Source of the DNA: the human T2T-CHM13v2.0 reference genome, Homo sapiens | Strand: one strand, 5' to 3' | DNA length: 64,000 bases | Assembly: GCF_009914755.1 (NCBI RefSeq) | Contig: NC_060931.1 | Part shown: piece by piece, positions 37,516-56,884 of the stretch | How the letters are laid out: every line of letters begins with the position of its first letter | How positions within the stretch are numbered: position 1 is the stretch's first letter | Notes under the pieces: generated by a model | What the model was told of the DNA's origin: nothing | The model's database searches: none | What the model saw: only the letters and a program-made list of their open reading frames with translations | Program-made: the position numbers and the translations under genes

Positions 37516-38121
37516 TCAGGATACTAAGAAGCAATAAAAAAAGAAATGGAACTACCACCACGCATAATGCTATTAATGAACCTCACAACTATAAAAGTGA
37601 GCAAAAGCAGCCAGACACAAAGAAAAACATACTGTATGACTCCATTTAAATGATGTTCAAGAAGAGACAAACTAATATATGATAAGCCAGTAGAGTGGTT
37701 ATCTTGGGTGGGAGCAATGACTGGGAAGGTCTCAAGGGAGACCTCAGGTTCCTGGAAGTAGATCCTGATCAGACTGAGAATATGGTGGGAGAAGAGATAA
37801 ATCAATGAGATACATATTTAAAGGAGATATTTAACTCTCAAACTGACAAAGAGAATACAGATGATTGGGAGAAGAATGACAAATTCAGTTATGGACATGT
37901 TGGTTATAAGCATACATAAAAAACCTGATCTGTACACTTAATATTTGTGAGGTTTACTCTATATGTTATACCTTAAATAAAAATTAACAATATAAAGAAA
38001 ATGGGACAGGATTAAATATCCAATAGGACAAAAAAAAGTCTGGAGTACCAGGCCTCATAGTTACGCAGCAATGGCCAATTTGGGGAGCAGGTGTCCTACA
38101 TTAACCCACACAACCCATTGA

Positions 38122-38390
<269 letters not shown>

Positions 38391-40109
38391 TGATCCGCTC
38401 ACCTCAGCCTCCCAAAATGCTGCAATTACAGGCATGAGCCACTGCGCCCAGCCCCAAGCATCACTTTGAACATTCATTCCAAGGAGTGAATTAACACAGT
38501 GTAGTTCCTGCCCTGTTAGGTCTTATTGCGATCATAGGTCTTAATGTGATCATAATGTCAGTGGGGAACTCTAAATTTTCTTTTTCTTCTTAAAAAAAAT
38601 AAAGGGATAAGTGTGCAGAATGTGCAGGTTTGTTCCATAGGTCTACGTGTGCCATGGTGGTTTGCTGCCCCTATTGACCTGTCTCTAATTTCCCTCCCCT
38701 CAGCCCCCAACCCCCAAACAGGCCCTGGTGTGTGTTGTTCCCCTCTCTGTGTCCATGTGTTCTCAATGGAACTCTACATTTCCTATGCAAAATATTTTAT
38801 GCTGATTAGTCAAGTGATGTGGGAAGAGTTGAGAGGTTGGAGAAACCCCTGTGAGCTGGCTACTCAGGCAGTTCCCTGAAGGACAAGAGATTTGAGCCAG
38901 GATCTCAAAGGTTAGGAACAGACCCAGGGGTTGCAAAGTGCAGTCTATGCAAGCATTTTGTTTGGTTTTTTAGTATGTATGGCACAGCTTAAAAGCAATG
39001 GAGGCAATACGACTAGGCAGATTGGTGGATAGCCATGATCTTACATCATGTATTTTGAATTTATGCCAGTTTCCTTAGACATCTGACGTTATTCCTTCTA
39101 AATATGGGAGAGTCCCTGCTGAGCGGAACAACATAAAGAGTAGCTCTTGAGAATCTAAGTGAATGACTAGATTGTAAAAGTAGTTTGGGTATAAATTGCA
39201 GAGGCCTGTGAATGTCATACTGAACACACTCTTCAGGCAATATGAGACGAGAGCATGACAACCATGCATTGCAACTTGGCAGTGCTGGGACAACTGTGCA
39301 ACTAGCATTAATAACAATGAATGATATAAGCAGTTTCTGTGTTTTCCAATGTTATGCCAAGCAACTGGACCCTTGGAAGTGGATTTGACTGCTTTCCTTC
39401 AGTTGTCATCTGCACTTTTGCCATTTTTGCAGATACAGTTTCTGTTTAAACAACTGAAGGAAGACAAAGAGGTTAAAAGACAAAGACAACTGAAGGAATA
39501 TAAAGTAGGTTATACACAGTATGTTAAAAACTTGTGAGACCCATAAATTTTAGAGTAATCCTAAAAGAATTAGAAAATAAATTTACAGATGCCAATTAGG
39601 AACAATATCTTAGTGGTGTTGTTATGGAAATAAAGTTTTCTCAAGCCAATAATTCTGAATATTCCGAAAGTTTGCAATTTGTCACTGTTTTGAGGAGGAG
39701 TTCTCAGGCAGTAAGATTGCTGATATTGATACTACTCAAAAGTGTACGTAGCACAGTTCTTTGAAACTATTATTGAAAGCTCTTGGATATAATTATCAGA
39801 GGCCTGTTATACCCAGCGATTAATAACTATAAATTATGCATCCATGTATATTGAGAGATTCTTGAAATATTTATTGTTAGATTGAGGATCAACATGCATG
39901 AGAAGTTGTCCTAAGTTCTTTAATTTTGCAAAACAAACCTTAATCTTTGGCTTAGAAAACCTTGAAGATAATCTTTACTATTAGCATAACTTTTGCTACA
40001 AATAAACTCAAGTTGTTGTAATTTTTACTGTTATGGCTTCTTTATAAACTGGTCTTAAGGTCACTCTGTGAAGAGTGGCTACAAGCCAAGATAGCTGCTT
40101 TTTAGAAGA

Positions 40110-40610
40110 GCCCTGACGGGCAGGCCGTCAGGTTCCTGTGTGTGAGTCAGGTGAGATACAATGACAACAATGAGAAGGTGAAACCAAACGCATGAAACAG
40201 AAGAAATTTATTACTTACAGATCTGACAGCTTAGGGGTGCTGATGGGGAGCGCAGATAAGTCTGGAGGTGGCAGGGAGCTCAGCAGTGGGTAGGGAGTGA
40301 GAGAGCAGCTGTGGGAGTTCACCTTTATTAAGGTATATGGGTATTATCCCTCCGGTCTTCTAACAGGAGTTGTGGATTGGCTGGTTTAAGGAAAACACGC
40401 CAGAAGGGGGAAACTTATTTATATGACTCTGGTGTTGATCATTAGGTTTTATCACGGTTAGCAGCTGTGGGGTGTTTTGGGTTTGGGATTAGCAGGATGA
40501 GAAACAAGTGGGCTATATCTCCACCACACGGGGAGGAGTTATTTTAACTAGTACAAAGATCAGGTATGATTGGGTTTCAAACAACTTATGTCAGACCTAA
40601 AAATGCATGA
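40110..40610 (-). mobile_element. Probable old LTR (family uncertain)
   Basis: LTR-like composition with minus-strand AATAAA motifs (tttatt at ~40207 and ~40324). Confidence 0.4.
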
Positions 40611-40840
40611 CCTTACATCATAAGTGTATGTTGAGTCAACGTCTTTGGTAGCTACTATATCAAACAAATGTATGACACAAGTTTAGCCTTATTTTTGATT
40701 TGATTATTAAGGGTAGTGGTGGAGAAGTAGAAATTCTATTGCAAAGTTCGACATATGATGGATTTTGACAGAAATGTGAACTCTTCACTTAAAATTTAAG
40801 ATTAGAGGAAGGAAATCATGGTTTTAAAAATACAAAGATA

Positions 40841-41785
40841 AGCATTTCTTTTTCTCCATACCTTTGCCAGCATCCATTGTTTTTGACTTTTTAATAATAG
40901 TCATTCTGACTGGTGGGAGATAATATCTCATTGTGGTTTTGACTTGTATTTCTCTGATAATTAGTGATGCTGAGCACTTTTTCCTACTTTTGTTGGCCAC
41001 ATGTATGTCTTCTTTTGAGAAACGTCTGTTCATGTCCTTTGCCTATTTTTAAAATGGGGTTATTTGTTTTTTGCTTGTTGATTTGTCTAAGTTCCTTATA
41101 GATTCCGGATATCAGACCTTTCTCAGATGCAGTTTGCAAATATTTTCTCCCATTCTGTAGATTGTCTGTTTACTCTGTTGATGGTTTCTTTTGCTGTGAA
41201 GAGGCTCTTTAGTTTAGTTCAGCCACTGTGGAAAGCAGTTTGGAGATTTCTCAAATAACTTAAAACAGAGCTACCATTCAACCCAGCAATCCCATTACTG
41301 GGTATAAAACCAAAGGAAAATAGATCATTCTACCAAAAAGACACATGCATTCATACATTCATCACCACACTATTAATAACAAAGATGTGGAATCAATCTA
41401 GTGGCCCATCAGTGGGGGATTGGATAAAGAAAGTGTGTTATATATATACACCACAGAATACTATGCAACCATATAGGAGGATGAAATCATGTCCTTCACA
41501 GAGACATAGAAGAGCTGGAGACCATAATCCTGAGTGAATTAATGCAGGAAAAGAAAACCAGACACTGCATATTCTCATTTATAAGTGGGAGCTATACACT
41601 GAGCACACATGGACAAAAACATGAGAATAACAGACACTGCAGACTACTAGAGAGTGGAGGGAGGAAGGGGAGTGTGGGTTGAAAAACTACCTACTGGGTA
41701 CTAGGCTTACCACCTGGATGCAATATGCCCATGTACAAAACCTGTACATGTATGCCCTGTATCTAAAATAAAAGTTAGACTAAAA
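40841..41785 (+). mobile_element. Old L1PA/L1PB 3' fragment with 5' inversion (40841-41220 antisense, 41221-41785 sense 3' end)
   Basis: ORF2 C-terminal homology on minus (ORF 40824..41033), then sense 3' UTR; degenerate TSD AAAAATACAAAGATA / AAAAATATATAAAGATA. Confidence 0.75.
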
Positions 41786-41799
41786 AATATATAAAGATA

Positions 41800-43110
41800 G
41801 ATGTAGAAATAGATTTAAATTTGTGTGGATATAAATATTCATGAATCTGTTTCCTAGCTCTGTCCACTGAGAGGGGCTAGAAGCTATGACATTCTAGGAT
41901 CAATGACCATGCTCAGCATTAATATCTTAGTTTCCAAATATCATTCTCCAGTAACAGGAACTAGGGATCCTCCAAGAAATGGCTGATTCTAGGGCTGGAG
42001 CAAAAAAAATACAAGATGAGCCCAGAACACATTCTTGTGCCAGAAAGTAAGGAAGTGCAGAAGGAATCACAGGAGCATATCAGAAGGACAAGTGAGCCTA
42101 CCTGAAGGGTGTACACTGGCCAAATGTGGGACAATGATAGCATGAAAAGGAATGACAGTGAGAAACCTAAGTCCACACTGATAAAAAGATGAATAAATAA
42201 GGGAAGAAGAGAAAGTTCTTCCTTATAGTAGAAAGCCACCTAATAAATATAGAAGAAATGATGGAATTAGAAAATCACCATTTGACAACCATCATAACAA
42301 GAGTTGATCTGGGTAAGTATCACCAATAAATCCCAAACTTGTAGGTGAAAATTTTAAGAGGAGTAAGACAACCACATAGTCTCAGAGTATCTCTTCTTGA
42401 GGTGCTTATTAATTTCAAACAGAAAAATAAATAAAAGGTAAATCTGGAAGTCATCACCTTAACCAAGTGATCAAGATGAACAAGTCTAGCAATGGGACAA
42501 GGCAACATCATGTGTTCCTAGTAGAAGATAATTGAGAAGGATACAAGATTGTGTCTTTATATCTTTACCAAAAATACATAGCATGAATCTAATAATAAGA
42601 AAATCGGAAAAATCCAAATTGAAAGAAAATCACAAAATAACCGGCCTCTTCTCTTCAAAGTGTCAATATCATGAAAACTAAAGAAATCCTGAATTTCCTT
42701 TAGATTAAAGGAGACTAAAGAGATGACTACTGAATGCAATACATAACCTAGAATTTTCTTTTGCTATAAAGAACATTATTGGGACAACTGGCAAGACCCG
42801 AATAAGGTATGCAGATTAGAAAATGGTATTATATCAATGTTAATTTCCTGATATAATTGTACTATGATTAAGAGAATGAATATATTTTTAGGAAATATAG
42901 TGATGCATTTAGGTATAAAGGGGCATCGTGTCTTCAGAGAGAGAAAGAGAGAGGTTGAGAGAACAAGAAGATAGAAAGAAAAGGATAAAGCAAATGTGGT
43001 AAGATGTTAGCATCTGAGAAATCTGGGTTAAAGATACATGCAAATTCTTTGCACTAATCTTGCAACTGTCCTGTATATCTGAAATTATGTCAAAATAAAA
43101 GAAAAAGTCA
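41800..43110 (+). mobile_element. Old L1M (L1MC/MD-like) 3' UTR fragment
   Basis: Typical L1M 3' end motifs (gactaaagagatgactactgaatgcaat; tctgaaattatgtcaaaataaaa). Confidence 0.6.
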
Positions 43111-43962
43111 AAACTGTAGAAAAAGTGAACAATTTAGCAATTTAGATCCTGTATACACATATATAGCACTATTATTTTTAAAATTACTTTTTTATTGCAT
43201 TCTGTTCCAATTTGGTTTTGCTTCTTGGTTTTTAATAAACTCTGTTTTTGCTTTAAGACTTTTTAAACTTATTTTTTACTATGACTATCAAATTTCTTAG
43301 AATGTTTTATTCAGTTATATAAAGTTTATCATCTGAAATTCAAAAGTCCTCTAAATCATTTTCTAAAGTATAGCTCTCAGGCATGACAAGGTAACAGCTG
43401 AATACATAGTCAGCCATTACTTAAAAAAAAACCTCTCCTCATATATGGGTATTTCCTAAATGTTCATCTTGCTTTTTAAAGTTCACATAATGAGAATGTA
43501 TAATTCATCATATTCCCCTTTTTGCTTATTTGCTGATAGAAAACAGCAGATTTCAGTGCTCCACTGCAGTAACTATAGTTAGTTAGGTAAATATATATTC
43601 TTTCTATCATTATATGACAAGATATTTTAATTTTATGGAAGTAAATGTAGTATATGCAATAATAAAAGAAATCTTCTTTATTTCATGTACCAACCCACGA
43701 AATGTATGTAACTGACCGAATATATATGCAAATACTTATGCTACGAAAGTATCAGAACCTACACTACTGCATTGGTTCAGAATTACATGATAAATTTTTG
43801 GAAGAAAAGGCAGGGACCATTTTGTTTTAGTGTATCAAGTTGTAAATATCACCTACAGGATATATGTAATAAAGAATTTTGATAATGATATTGGCTTCAT
43901 TTGAATTTTTAAGTACATGTTGAGTTGGGTTTTACTGTAGTAACATATAAAGAAAAATATAC

Positions 43963-44118
43963 CTCATGCAGAAAAATGAAAGCTGGAGTTTCAGATAAAT
44001 CAACAAACCGCTCATCTTGAATGTTAATTGTGGGCACTATGGCATAAATGGGCTCTTGATCCTTTTCATCTTTCTCCTCTTCCTCTTCTTTTTCTGTGTC
44101 TGTGCTACTGTCTTCCAT
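43963..44118 (-). CDS. Duplicated first coding exon of CCDC146 (exon 43963-44129; MEDSSTDTEKEEEEEKDEKDQEPIYAIVPTINIQDERFVDLSETPAFIFLHE)
   Basis: 52 codons matching the recalled CCDC146 N-terminus; acceptor TTTTATTTTAG|AATC at 44130, strong Kozak AAAATGG, donor GAG|GTATAT; no further CCDC146 exon seen before the 32.1 kb junction. Confidence 0.85.
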
Positions 44119-44958
44119 TTTTCACGATTCTAAAATAAAATTAATCCATATGTGGCTATTTAGGAGTGTCTTCACCTATAAAGTAAAATTAATGGAAAAT
44201 AAAAAAATAAGCAAAAAACTGGAATAAGCTATTGTTCAATGAAACTACAAATCAGGAAAGTTAGCTATAATCTCATTATAAAAGACGGCTTTTTTGCAAA
44301 GATACTCTCTATTGTTGCATTCAAATCAATCATTCTTATTTTTAAAAGTATGCTACTGTTGCATTAATTGGAAAATAAAAAATATATATGAATTATATAT
44401 GTAAAATAGATATGAACTATAATGAGAATGCAAGTCAGTATCAGCCTAGACATTTATGAAACAAGAAGCCAGAAACCTCTCCAGCTATCCTATTATAAGC
44501 AAAATGTGCTTTCTGATACCTCTATAATCTATACATTGTACATATTTCTGTAGAAAAGTGCTTAAAACAGTGTATTGTAATTTACTATTTTTCATATTGT
44601 CTACCTTATTGGACTTCTTAGAACAGAAACTATATTCTTATTTACCCATATACCTTCAACACCTAGCAAATAACATACTTATAATGTGTGCTAAAAATAA
44701 TTGCCAACGGGACAAACAAGTTCTGCTGTTCTTCTAATGTCCAAAGAATATTACAATTGCAAATAGTTTACTTGAATTTTCAGAAATAAAATGCTTAACA
44801 CTAAATCAATGCAGTAACAATAATTCATTCACTCCTTATTGGAAAGTTAGTTTGTTCAAAACCAAATTCCCACAGGAGCAAAACTGAGGTTCTTCTGTAA
44901 TTGCTGTGGGCAACTGCTAACACCAGCTTCGAAAATTTTTTTCCTCAGATCATATTGG

Positions 44959-46569
44959 CAGGGTGACCCACATAATTTGCAGGACCCAGTACAAAAAAAC
45001 AAACCTAGGATTCCTTGTCAAAATGTCAGAAAAATGTTCTCTGAAAGTTACCAATATATAAAAAGTTTTTCCTTTAAAAAAATTTATTACTTATAAAATA
45101 TAATAGGGGTAATAGTAATACATGAATAGCAACAAAAACTAAGTGAATAGTAATGAATCCTAAGAAAATATTTTTGATGTCACAATTTTATATAATAAAA
45201 TAACAATAATGTAATATCTTGATTGATCATAAGATTTTTCTGGCTCACTTTTCTGCAAATTAATTTACTAGATCATCAAAATTTATACTCATTGTAATTT
45301 CATTTTTAATTGATCAAACTGAAAGTGATGTGAGCTGCTCTTGGGAAATGCAAGATCATAAATAATTTTTGGCAATTTTTAATTTGAGAAGAATCTTCCT
45401 GCTCATGCATCTTTCACTGAAGTTTATAAGAATATTTATAGGCTGTGATAACATTTAGATAAATTTCTGATAAATCATTTCAAAATATAACCTTTTGAGC
45501 TAATGATTCTCATAGAACAATTTTCTAAAAAGATTTAACTCTTCATAAAAATCAGCTTCCTCTGTGAATTTAATTTTAAATGTACATTTATTCAACATTC
45601 ATTTTAATGTATCCTCTGACAATTCCTGTAACTTCTGGAGGTTGTGCAATAATCCAAAAGTGGCTTTATATTTTGTATATACACCAGAACACTTGCTTAT
45701 ATGCATTCTATTGCTGTATGTTCAATTACAAAAAAAAATAAAATTTAAAATGGTCTTTCTTGTTCATACTTCATTTATTCAAAGCTTCATAAGCTTTATT
45801 CAAGCTTGGAAAACTATTATTTTCTGTCACATGCAATCATCTTTAATTTCTATTCCTAAACTTATGGATATTTGATTTGTAATATTATAGTAATTTTCAA
45901 AACTGGAGATTTTAAACTCTTTGAAGAATTCTAATAACTCCTTGACATGTTTTATTGCAATGTCTGTGTGTTTGCTTTTATTTTGTAATATTTTACTAAA
46001 AAAGTTTTCTGCATTGAGTGCCAATAGTTTCTTTCCTTATTATATGTGCAGATACCACAGAGACAGGTGCTGGGGACAAGCCTCCCATGGTAGGTTCCAG
46101 AACTGTCCCCATGCAGGCCTCTTCTTTCTCCTGAGGCCATCACTGATGTAGCTGTCCCTATTACTTTTGTTGTCATGTTGCTTCTGCTGCTATTGCTGCC
46201 ATTGCTTTTGCCAATCTGCACTCAAGTGCTGGCCTGGCTGCCTTGGGACTCTGTGATACCCCAAACTGCCCTGATGCATGCATTTGAGCACCAGGCCACA
46301 GGCCTATTTGCTTGGCACCCACACCCTCTGCCACAGCCATCGATTCAGGCCTGTGCATGTGCACACTGCTGCCTGGCCTATCTGTGCTGCTCATGTGAAT
46401 GTTCAATTGTTCCAACAGACTTTATTTACAAAACTCAAGCTCAAAAATAAAATTTTAAGTATTTAAAAATGGTGACAGCAGGGCATTAAACCAAGTGCAG
46501 GGCCCCTCTGAGAGCAGGTCCTTGTGTGACTGCATAGGTCATACATCTATGAGGCTGAAGCTGGCCTTG
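44959..46569 (-). mobile_element. MER45R-like hAT-Tip100 DNA transposon, ~1.6 kb, with transposase remnants
   Basis: CAGGG/CCTTG ends, degenerate 8-bp TSD CATATTGG/TATATTAG, hAT dimerisation remnant GRFFSKLKIAKNYL*SCISQEQL on minus (~45330-45400). Confidence 0.75.
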
Positions 46570-47669
46570 TATATTAGCCATCGATTTGGTCATGTATTCA
46601 AGCAGATCCACAACAGTTTCTAAAAGGACTCTGTCTTAGTCAGCAAGGGCTCCATTGGTCCACTTTGGTGACACTGGGATGACTGCCCTTCTGGAGAGAG
46701 AGCAGGCAAAATGCCTCCATTGCATAAGAGAATGCCAATATCATCATCAGCTCTTTTTGATCTCTGAAATACATGAATCTTCACTGAATCAACAGAATAT
46801 TATACTTACACTCTTCTCTTGCCAGAGAAGATAACTGCAATTGTCATGCTTTTAGGGTCTGATCTTCTGCTGAATATGTATCATTTCTCATGTCAATCTC
46901 ATTGGATTGGCTGTTCCTTGATGACACTGAGCCTCACTCTATAACATGGAAAGCACATTCCATCATAAGAAGCCAGAAGGCTTGGTAGGTTCTGGTTCTT
47001 GAATGTATTAGTCAGGTGGTCACAGACATATCATTTATTCATTAAATTTACTCCTCTCTAAAATGGGTTAAAATTAGTAAGACAAAACAACAACAAATTT
47101 TTATGTTTCAAAAAGATGTGCAGATTAAATGTGATAATGCCTCTGGGACTTGAGCTTCACTCTATCTCTAATTTTCTGCCAGCCGGAAATTATACATGTA
47201 CTTGTTTTCCTCTTCCTGCTGCTACAACAATACTTCAGAGGTGGTAACATATACTTCCATCAGGAGGCTCCAAATATCTGATTGTCTGTTGTTATGTGAT
47301 GTTAATAGCCAGTGGTATCATTTGACTTCCCTTTCTTTAACACGTTTGCTTTTTTCAATGCCCTAAAGTGTTTTTTTTTTTAAATAACCATTATTATTAT
47401 GGCATTACAATACTTTATATTTGCTAGGTAATCACAGTTTATTGCTTAAATCTTCAAGCAGCTAAAAATGGTTTGGCTATATATTTAAATTTGTTTTGTG
47501 AATAAACTAAAATATGTACACTCAATCCTTTCATGGATATTAAATGTGAATGAATATCCCAGAAAAATATTTCCTTCAGAACATTAGGCTATACCTTATT
47601 TAACTTTTTTATTAAGAAGTTTTTCAAAGGCCGGGCATGGTGACTCACGCCTGTAATCTCAGCACTTTA

Positions 47670-47954
<285 letters not shown>

Positions 47955-48311
47955 TCAAATATAAACAAAAGTAGCAGATTAGTACAATTATTCCTCAAGT
48001 ACCCATTAACGAGCTTCAACAAATATCAATTAATGAGCAATTTTATCTATAACCCTTCCACTTCCCCTTTGAACTCTCTAGATTATTTTGAAGCAAAACC
48101 TAGACAATTAGACTTAATAATATATCCTAAAGAACTTTATAGGAATATACAGAGATAGACCTCATCCCTTTTCATACCTGCATAGCACTCCTTTGCATAG
48201 ATGCACCATAGGTTACTCAATTTCTTATTTATAAACATATTGAATATTTCCAGTTTTCTGCTATTACAAAAGGGTTGCAAAGTATAGTGCATCTATTTAT
48301 TTTAAAAATAG

Positions 48312-48617
<306 letters not shown>

Positions 48618-48894
48618 TGAAATCTTTATAATCAAGATGGTATTAACTTTGAAAACTTAGGTTCAGACAATTTCTCAGAGCACTGCACCTTTAAATATGA
48701 TGCAGCTTAACTAGGCAACAAATGATAAGTACCATGCTGAATCTGTACAAATTCTTCAGTTTGCTAAAGTTTTCAATCTCTATTATTCTGAAAACATTCT
48801 AAATATTTTAGAGCAAGTAAAGTATTTACACAGGGAAGCAACTAAAAGACACTACAACAGAGTTCTGATAGAGATCATCAGAAAAACTTTAACC

Positions 48895-52800
<3,906 letters not shown>

Positions 52801-53135
52801 CAAAAAAGGAAAAGACAGGGAGAATGAGTAGTGAAAGAAAACCCAACAGAGGCAAATATAAAAAAGTCTGTGTGAATTAAAACAAAAAAACACTAATTAA
52901 TCTAATTAAATAGGCAGGAAAGGACTTAACCAGATAACAAAGTTTAATGGATAAAACAAATATCTGGCCGGGCGCAGTGGTTTACGCCTGTAATCCCAGT
53001 ACTTTGTGGTGTGGAGGTGGGCGGATCACGAGGTCAGAAGTTAGAGACCAGCCTGGCCAACATGGTGAAACCCCGTCTCTACTAAAAATACAAAAATTAG
53101 CCGGGCGTGGTGGTGGGCGCCTGTAATCCCAGCTA

Positions 53136-53388
<253 letters not shown>

Positions 53389-56300
53389 TCAGGCTACGGT
53401 GATATGAACAGAGAATGTTTAATATAACACCTTAAATTCCTGGCATAGGAAGAACTACATAGCCATCAGGTATGGTAATTCTAGAGACTTATATCTCCAG
53501 AATGCCTAAATCAATTAAGTAAATATTTATTGAGTTTTCCTATAAAGAATTTACAAATATGCAAACAATGTATAATCTGAAGAGAAAGTAAGGCAGGGAA
53601 AGAACTAGTTCTCTGTCACATAAGCTGAGGTAAAATAAGCCCAAATAAAAAGCAACGTTCTTAGGAGAGTAGATAGGGCTGAAAAAGTAACTGGTAGCCT
53701 GGAATTTGGGACTTGAACTCTAGGCGTTGGGAGCCATGGCAGAGTTGTAAAGATATTGCTGACAATGAGAAGAATGGCTTGGAAAAGGAGTGAATTTAGA
53801 GGAAAGGAAACAATCTGGAGGCTGGGACCCAGCCACTGTGCTATGGGTAGGAGATAGGTACCGTGGTGAGCAAGACCAGACAAGGTTCCTGACCTTAGGG
53901 GACCCAGAGACTGGCAGCAAGACAAGTTAATCAAAAAATCACAGACATAAAATTCTAAACGTTTTAACTGAAATTGGTGCTATGATAACTTGAACCACAG
54001 AAACAGGGTGGCCACACACTTCACACTTACAGGGAGCACCACTGGCATAGCAAGTTCTGCAGAGAAGCAGCCCCCACTGGAAGGAGGCAAGGCAGTACCG
54101 TGAGATGCTGTAGGAGTCTGAAGAGAAGAGGATGTGGTCTTAAGGGGATTTTAAGAAAGCAGAGGACATGAATAAGCCAAAATAGGAAGCTTCACAAAGA
54201 ATAATTAAGCCATAAACATTGCAGGGTACCCCTTGTTTTGTAACACATATCAGTAATTCCTCTTCTTCAAACGAAACATAGGTGATCATCATTTTGTTTT
54301 GATTTTGAATTCTTAAGGAAACATTTCTAGATAGTTACAAGGAGCATGTGTAAAAACCAAATACTGCATGCTCCAGAGAATGGGGCAGGATACACAAACA
54401 ATGTGACTTTTGGACAATAAAATGGCAATGCTTCAAGAAAGCTGTAGCAGAAAACCACACGGTCTTTCAATATTACTCATCATTGAACAAGCACAGGTTT
54501 TGCTCATTTTAGAAACAGCAGGGTGTAATGTAAAGTTGAACATGATTTATTTCTCTCCTAGTCCCACACAGAACCTGAGTGTTCTTTTTTGTGACTTGGC
54601 TCTTCTGACTGCCCTGAAGATAAGATTGGGTGCTCCTTCCCCCAGCAGCCCATTGCTCTACAAGGTTAATTACAACATGTTTCTACAGGAACTCAGAGCT
54701 GACCCCTTGGAGGAAGGGAGAACTCTGGGACACTTCCATTTTTTTGTTTTGTTTTGTTTTAGTTTCCTAACATGTTAAAAAACATAGAAACTTCAAAACA
54801 GGGTTACAAAAATTGTGGTATAAAGTTGTATGACAAGTGCCTTCAATTCTGTCAGTGTATCTCTGGTAATTATATGTATATTATCTTTTGGAGATAACAT
54901 TAAAAGTCTATAAAATTTAAGGCTCATCCTATGGGGCCTCTGGTCCACTATATGACAGGCTCAGAATATTGGGCAGCCAATCTGACATGAGGCATACCTC
55001 AGATCCATTTAATGGACAACAACAACAAAATCAGATGGAACTAACTTAATAGTCCTAAAAGCCACAGATAAAATGATTGCAGTTATTCCTGCCTAGATTT
55101 TATATTCTATGTACAATTATACAATGCTTATTTTTACCATACAAAGACAATGTTAGACTTGAAACATTTTTTAAGATATAGATACATATTTTATTTTATT
55201 TATTTTTATTTTTGTGGGTACATAGTAGGTATATATATTTATGGAGATGCTTTTTTTAAAAAAGTAAAAATGTTATTCAAAGACCCAACAAATCAAATCA
55301 CAACATTTTTTTTTTCCTAAAAGGAATGATAAAGAGGACTTTCGAAAAAAGAATCCTGAAAAGAAAAGAATCCTACAGAAAAAACAAAAAGAATCTTAAA
55401 GGAAAAATGAAAACTCTTGCAGTAAATATGTACAGATAAAAATTGCTTCATAATTGAAGTGTTAAAGTAACAATGGGGTTTGAACTACCTTCAATTAAAA
55501 CCGCACAAACGCACAAATAGCAAAACTCTGAAAGAAAGCTTCAAGTGCATATCTGGCCTTTAAAGTTAATGTTCAGACATGTTAAACAGTTACCTCTTAG
55601 ATTATATGCATGTGTAATCCATGAGGAATCTGTTAATTGCAACATGATGGTGGAGAACCCAAGTCTCTATTACAGAATCAGCACCCCTCCCGAGGATGGA
55701 AGGGTGCTGAGAGAGCTCTAGGCCTTCTCCCTCATTTCACCATCCCCTTGCTTTCCTTTGCCCATTCCTACCATACCCCAAGCACAGACCCAAGAAAAGA
55801 TCCTCACTCTCTCTTTAAAGCATCTTATATATTTTTTCCCTTTTTTCTCGGAAACCTACATAATCAAAACAAGCTCTGTATTACTCATTTCTGAGTAGGT
55901 ATAACATGTGGGCTCATGATGGGGCAGCACCTTACATGAGGCAGAACTGCCATAGAAACAGACGTGATGTGTTTCCAACACACCCTCCAGGTTGCCCTTG
56001 TCAGCATGCAAGCACTCTTGTTCAGGGCGCCTAATAATAATATTTATATAACCCTTCACAATTTAAACAAAACTTTCCCTTGTATTACTTCACTTTGTCC
56101 TAACAACCACATACCATAAGAATTATCTCCATTTTGTACAGGAGGAAATTGACAATCAGAGAATATAAATGATGTGCCCAAGATCACACAGCAAGGATTG
56201 GCAGTATTTATTTAAACCCATGTCACCTGGCTCCAAATCCCTCACTCTTTCCTATTATACCATACAAGACTCTCTGTGGTCTTAGCAAAGCCCTTTCCTC

Positions 56301-56884
56301 TTGGCCTTCAATAGCCAAAAGCAGGATCAGCAATACAGGCAGGCTGACACAATTTGACTTCTGTCACTGCAACAGTGTTAAGGCTAGGACTCTTTTAGAA
56401 AAAGCAAGCCAACACAGTGTAAATCAGTTAGAGACAAATTATTGTTGAGCAGCAATTATTAGGCAGTCCATGAGGTGGCAAGGCTGAGCTGAGCAAAACA
56501 GCGGGCTATAGAACTTGTTGCTATAGTTACAAACAAAAGGACAACCTTCACATATACACAGTGTGGCGAGAAACACTGTTCTTATACCCACAATAATATA
56601 CAGTCATTCTGCAAGTTTAGGCAGGCTTCAGAAATTCAAAAGCTGCCTGAAAGGCGCTATCAGTTCCCTTAATTAGTTTCCAAATAATTTAGCAGTGAGC
56701 AGAGCCTAAGAGTTCCAAATCTTGTAAGAGATTTGGAATGCCTGGGTAGGTCTAAAGCTGACAGTCTTCCAGAAGGTCTGTAAAATAGAAATTCTGCCTG
56801 TTTGGGTGCAATCTAGAATCCTCACACTGGAGGCCACTCCTCTTGCTTGCTATGAAAATGTGCACGTTAGAAAAGTCCCACTGT

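Noticed and set aside
43909-44118. Calling this the true CCDC146 gene, or a stand-alone 69-aa ORF
   Set aside because: No later CCDC146 exons follow and the context is POLR2J2/RASA4; residues after ...FLHE are intronic read-through past the donor
45827-46466. Cluster of short ORFs including a signal-peptide-like MLLLLLLLPLLL
   Set aside because: Lies within the decayed hAT transposon; no splice or Kozak support
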